Positions 51,427 through 54,880 of a DNA stretch of 54,880 nt are shown in pieces (position 1 is the stretch's first letter; every line of letters starts with the position of its first letter). The position numbers and the translations under genes are program-made. Under the pieces are notes generated by a model. That model ran no database searches and was not told where the DNA came from. It saw only the letters and a list, made by a program, of their open reading frames with translations. The DNA is from Patescibacteria group bacterium UBA2135 (GTDB taxonomy: Bacteria; Patescibacteriota; Minisyncoccia; Phycocordibacterales; UBA2135): positions 12,170 to 67,049 of the forward strand of contig DCXN01000001.1 in NCBI GenBank assembly GCA_002327685.1, written 5' to 3'.

Positions 51427-52389
51427 ATGACAAGGACACGAGTTGGTGTATTGCGCGGTGGACCTTCAAGCGAATATGATATATCGCTCAAAACCGGTGG
51501 CGCAGTACTTAAAAATCTTCCTGAACACTATAAAGGGGTTGATGTTTTAATTGATAAGGATGGTGTATGGCATGCTAATGGTTTGCCGTTTTCTCCTGAA
51601 CAAATTTCCCGCAAAGTGGATGTGGTCTTTAACGCGCTTCATGGCTACTATGGCGAAGATGGTAAGGTGCAGAAAATACTTGAACGGTTTGATGTACCAT
51701 ATACCGGAGCGGAAGCTATGGCATCCGCCATCGGCATGAATAAATTATTCACCAAGGAACATTTTCAGAAATCGGGGCTTGTCATGCCGTCCCATAAAAT
51801 AATTAAAGAGACTGACAATATAGAAAGGGAAATACTTTCTGTATTTCGGGAATTACCACAGCCGTCGGTTGTTAAACCTTTATCTGGTGGTTCGTCTGTT
51901 GGTGTCTTTGTAGCGCACAGTTTTGATGAATTATTAAAAGCTGTTTTAAGCGCACTTCAATACGATTCTGCCGTTATCGTTGAAGAGTACATAAAAGGAA
52001 GAGAGGCGACGTGCGGTGTGATTGATGATTTCAGGGGGGAAAAACATTATGCGCTCCCACCCGTTGAAATAGTTCCTCCAAGTAATTACACATTTTTTGA
52101 TTACAACGCAAAGTATTGTGGTGAAACACGGGAAATATGCCCGAGTAATTTTTCTGATGAAGAGAAAAAAGAAATTACGCGCGCATCAATTACCGCGCAT
52201 AAAGCAATTGATGCGCGACACTACTCACGCTCTGATTTTATCGTTTCTCCTCGCGGAATATTTATCCTTGAAATAAATACGTTGCCGGGATTAACCGAAG
52301 AATCTTTACTTCCCAAAGCGTGCAATGCAGTCGGCTGTCCTTTCCCGGATTTTCTCGATCACTTATTGAAACTTGCCTTGCATAATTAA
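51427..52389 (+). CDS. ddl: D-alanine--D-alanine ligase
   Basis: VGVLRGGPSSEYDISL, ALHGYYGEDGKVQ, ATP-grasp motifs, EINTLPGLT. Confidence 0.9.
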   Translation: MTRTRVGVLRGGPSSEYDISLKTGGAVLKNLPEHYKGVDVLIDKDGVWHANGLPFSPEQISRKVDVVFNALHGYYGEDGKVQKILERFDVPYTGAEAMASAIGMNKLFTKEHFQKSGLVMPSHKIIKETDNIEREILSVFRELPQPSVVKPLSGGSSVGVFVAHSFDELLKAVLSALQYDSAVIVEEYIKGREATCGVIDDFRGEKHYALPPVEIVPPSNYTFFDYNAKYCGETREICPSNFSDEEKKEITRASITAHKAIDARHYSRSDFIVSPRGIFILEINTLPGLTEESLLPKACNAVGCPFPDFLDHLLKLALHN

Positions 52390-52462
52390 TCTCGCTATTT
52401 TAAGGAAATAGGTCGTAATAGCCTAATCTTGTTATGGAGTGTCTACATAGAGCCTATTTCTT

Positions 52463-54226
52463 ATGAAAACAAAATGGAATCTTACATTACTCTATAAATT
52501 TCCGACTGACCCACGAATAGAGAGAGATATTGCAGAAATTAAAAATGCATATGAACAGTTTGCCAAAAAGTACAGGAATAAGACTGACTATTTGAAAAAT
52601 GAAAAAGGCTTGCTGCGAGTATTGACAGATTACGAAAAACTTATCGCAAAGGTGGGCGGAGGAAAACCGCTTGCGTATTTTGAGTACTCAAGGACATTAG
52701 ATAGTACAGATCAGAAAATGGTGTCCAGATGTAATCAATTGCATGATCAATTGACAATGGCTAGTAATAAAATTTTATTCTTTGAATTATCACTTGGGAA
52801 GATAGAAAAAAGATTACAAAAGAAATTTTTACACAGTAAAAAACTTATACGATACCGTTATTTTCTACAAAGAACCTTTGAGAATGGCGAGTATGATTTG
52901 ACTGAACAAGAAGAGCAAATCCTTAAACTGAAAAATTTACCAAGCCATTCGTTGTGGAAGAGTGGTTTTTCAAGATTCCTGAACAAACAGACAGTACGTT
53001 TTAGAGACAAAAACCTTCCTATTTCAGAAGCAATGAATAAGGTTGCGACGTTACCGACAGAAGCAAGGAGAAAATTAAGCGGACAGATCATGGATACCTT
53101 CTACGCTGTTAGCGACTTTGCTGGAAGCGAGATAAATGCCATCTATATTGACAAGAAAATAAATGATGAGCTCCGGGGTTTCAGGCAACCATATAGCGCA
53201 ACAATACTTAGATATGAAAATGATCAAAAAAGTATCCTAAATCTTGTAGAGATTGTCACGAATAATTTTTACATAAGCAGACGATTTTATAAATTAAAAG
53301 CAAAACTCCTTGACCTTAAACATCTAGAGTATGGCGACGAAGCAGTTAGTATTGGAAAGACGAGAAAGAAGATTGAATTTAAAAAAGAGTTTAATGTTCT
53401 TCAAGAAGTCTTCTATGGCGCCGATAAAAAATATGGCGTGATTCTTGATGAAATGATTAAAAACGGTCAGATTGATGTGTTCCCTAAAACAGGCAAAGCG
53501 GGGGGTGCTTTTTGTTCTGGTGGTGTCAGTCTGCCGACGTTTGTATTGCTTAATCACACAGGAAATTTTCGCTCTATAATGACATTTGCTCACGAAATGG
53601 GGCATGCAATACACAAAGAAAGAAGCAAACAACAGTCGTCAATTTATCAAAATGCCACGGCATCGGTAGGCGAAACCGCAAGCAAGTTTTTCGAGACATT
53701 GGTGTTTAATGCAATATTTGAGACACTATCAGATCGGGAAAAAATTATAGCGTTACATGACAAAATTCAATGGGACATTTCCAGTGTATTCAAACAGGTT
53801 GCATGCTTTAATTTTGAATTAGAATTGCATAGAAGAATTCGAGAAACAGGGAGTTTACCTAAAGAGGATATTGCATTGCTTATGAACAAACACATGAAGG
53901 CGTATCTTGGGCCAGTGTTCAAATTGAAAGAGCAAGACGGATATTTTTTTGTTGCATGGCCACATATACGGAATTTTTTCTACGTGTATTCCTATGCGTA
54001 CGGACAGCTCATAAGTAAGGCGCTACATGAAAAATATCGCGCTGATGCACAGTACATCAAACAAATAGATCAGTTTTTGAGTGCGGGTGGAAGCAAAAGT
54101 CCAAAAAATATATTTAAGGAAATCGGTGTAGATACGACAGGACCGAATTTCTTTAAAGCGGGACTTGAGAGCATCAAAGACGATATTATTTACTTGGAGA
54201 ACATTGCAAAACGTATGAAAATTTGA
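52463..54226 (+). CDS. pepF: oligoendopeptidase F (M3B metallopeptidase)
   Basis: Zinc motif HEMGHAIH and a downstream ETAS glutamate; 587 aa. Confidence 0.85.
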   Translation: MKTKWNLTLLYKFPTDPRIERDIAEIKNAYEQFAKKYRNKTDYLKNEKGLLRVLTDYEKLIAKVGGGKPLAYFEYSRTLDSTDQKMVSRCNQLHDQLTMASNKILFFELSLGKIEKRLQKKFLHSKKLIRYRYFLQRTFENGEYDLTEQEEQILKLKNLPSHSLWKSGFSRFLNKQTVRFRDKNLPISEAMNKVATLPTEARRKLSGQIMDTFYAVSDFAGSEINAIYIDKKINDELRGFRQPYSATILRYENDQKSILNLVEIVTNNFYISRRFYKLKAKLLDLKHLEYGDEAVSIGKTRKKIEFKKEFNVLQEVFYGADKKYGVILDEMIKNGQIDVFPKTGKAGGAFCSGGVSLPTFVLLNHTGNFRSIMTFAHEMGHAIHKERSKQQSSIYQNATASVGETASKFFETLVFNAIFETLSDREKIIALHDKIQWDISSVFKQVACFNFELELHRRIRETGSLPKEDIALLMNKHMKAYLGPVFKLKEQDGYFFVAWPHIRNFFYVYSYAYGQLISKALHEKYRADAQYIKQIDQFLSAGGSKSPKNIFKEIGVDTTGPNFFKAGLESIKDDIIYLENIAKRMKI

Positions 54227-54305
54227 TTTTCGGTATATTGTACGTTTTTTAATACAAGATGATAAGATATACATTAGATAACCACGAAAAATAGGAGAGA
54301 AATCC

Positions 54306-54758
54306 ATGAGGCGAAATTACGAAGCACTAGCCAGCCTGGGCTTAAAACATGCTTCGGAAGACTTACTGTTGGCATTTGAAGATAGAGGGTTAATTTCTCA
54401 ACGCCGTCTTGAAATTGTTTCAAATGGTCTTATTGAATACATGGTTGAGGCCCAGGAGGGGGCATTATTTGCCGAAAGGCGGGCATATTTGTTGAAGCGT
54501 GACGAGAAAGAAGCGTTGAGTAAGTTTGACCTACTGAAAGGAATTATAGGCGAAGAAGATTTCGCAGAATCTGTTGGAAGAATTTCTGAAACGTTGCGGC
54601 GTTTTCAATTGAATCAACACGTTAATTCAATTGAAGAAGAATTTGCGGTCAAATTCCTCAAGAAGTTTCTTCGAACAATAACACTTGTTGCCACGCCCAG
54701 CTTTCCAAATGTTCCACGGCAAATTTTTTCACAAGGACGAAGAGGGCTATGCTACTGA
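54306..54758 (+). CDS. hypothetical protein (apparently alpha-helical)
   Basis: 150 aa ORF preceded by aggagag; no motif I recognise. Confidence 0.5.
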   Translation: MRRNYEALASLGLKHASEDLLLAFEDRGLISQRRLEIVSNGLIEYMVEAQEGALFAERRAYLLKRDEKEALSKFDLLKGIIGEEDFAESVGRISETLRRFQLNQHVNSIEEEFAVKFLKKFLRTITLVATPSFPNVPRQIFSQGRRGLCY

Positions 54759-54817
54759 ATGAAGAGCTTGAAAAATTTTGAAGGATTTGAGCTTGTTCGC
54801 GAAGCGTAACAATATGA

Positions 54818-54848
54818 AGACCTACTTGCATGAGTGGGTCTTTTTCTC
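54818..54848 (+). terminator. intrinsic terminator
   Basis: agacctact-tgcatg-agtgggtct (one G-U) plus tttttct. Confidence 0.75.
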
Positions 54849-54862
54849 AATATTCAATAAAT

Positions 54863-54880
54863 AACATTCCAACATTCTGC
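54863..54880. repeat. ACATTCC-family hairpin, left arm only (cut by window end)
   Basis: aacattccaacattc-tgc..., the same arm as at 2765-2779. Confidence 0.6.

Noticed and set aside
2763-54880. Possibility that the recurring hairpins are a CRISPR array.
   Set aside because: The copies are kilobases apart, separated by genes, differ in sequence, and are individually palindromic. There are no regularly spaced repeat-spacer units and no cas genes.
1-54880. Alternative genetic code (UGA recoding), as in some CPR lineages.
   Set aside because: Conserved genes end at UGA where homologues end (e.g. serS at 13163-13165). Long ORFs are intact under the standard code, and no in-frame UGA clusters are needed to restore any gene.

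Overview
AT-rich, gene-dense bacterial fragment with short genes and standard genetic code (UGA is used as a stop, e.g. serS). The gene content and style suggest a reduced-genome Patescibacteria/CPR (Parcubacteria-like) organism; that placement is inference only. About 60 protein genes and 3 tRNAs (Trp-CCA, Leu-CAA, Gln-UUG) can be supported. Housekeeping genes: plsC, pyrF, rpmG, miaA, parB, rel/spoT, topA, dprA, serS, ftsQ-like, dus, dnaX, typA, tsaC-like, pgi, trxB, ddl, pepF. Four gene-level features stand out. (1) A co-directional trio at 25135-27618: an FDP/ODP-like di-iron metallo-beta-lactamase core, a PAS/coiled-coil protein, and a membrane four-helix-bundle-HAMP stub. None has a recognisable output domain. 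It is followed directly by a VKOR / thioredoxin-like / CcdA-like thiol-redox cluster and by secreted CARDB and Cys-repeat proteins. (2) An animal-type fused SAICAR-synthetase/PurE (PAICS-like) gene with no other pur genes nearby. (3) A GcrA-like HTH plus zinc-ribbon protein next to a receiver-like protein that has lost all phosphorylation residues. (4) A four-helix-bundle (23S-IVS/Avd-family) gene wedged inside a MacAB-type ABC operon. At the DNA level, almost every intergenic region carries palindromic or compound hairpin elements built from short recurring words (ACATTCCGACATTC, CATTTGAC/GGTCAAA, ATACT, CTAATT, ACAAC, CGTAA). These include a TTAGGACTT...AAGTCCTAA-bounded scaffold present as a 125-nt copy and a 318-nt copy with nested insertions, a 208-nt rod with perfect 30-bp termini, and a ~103-nt element containing a 38-nt perfect palindrome upstream of both typA and trxB. 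No CRISPR array, transposase, integrase, rRNA or obvious prophage is visible.
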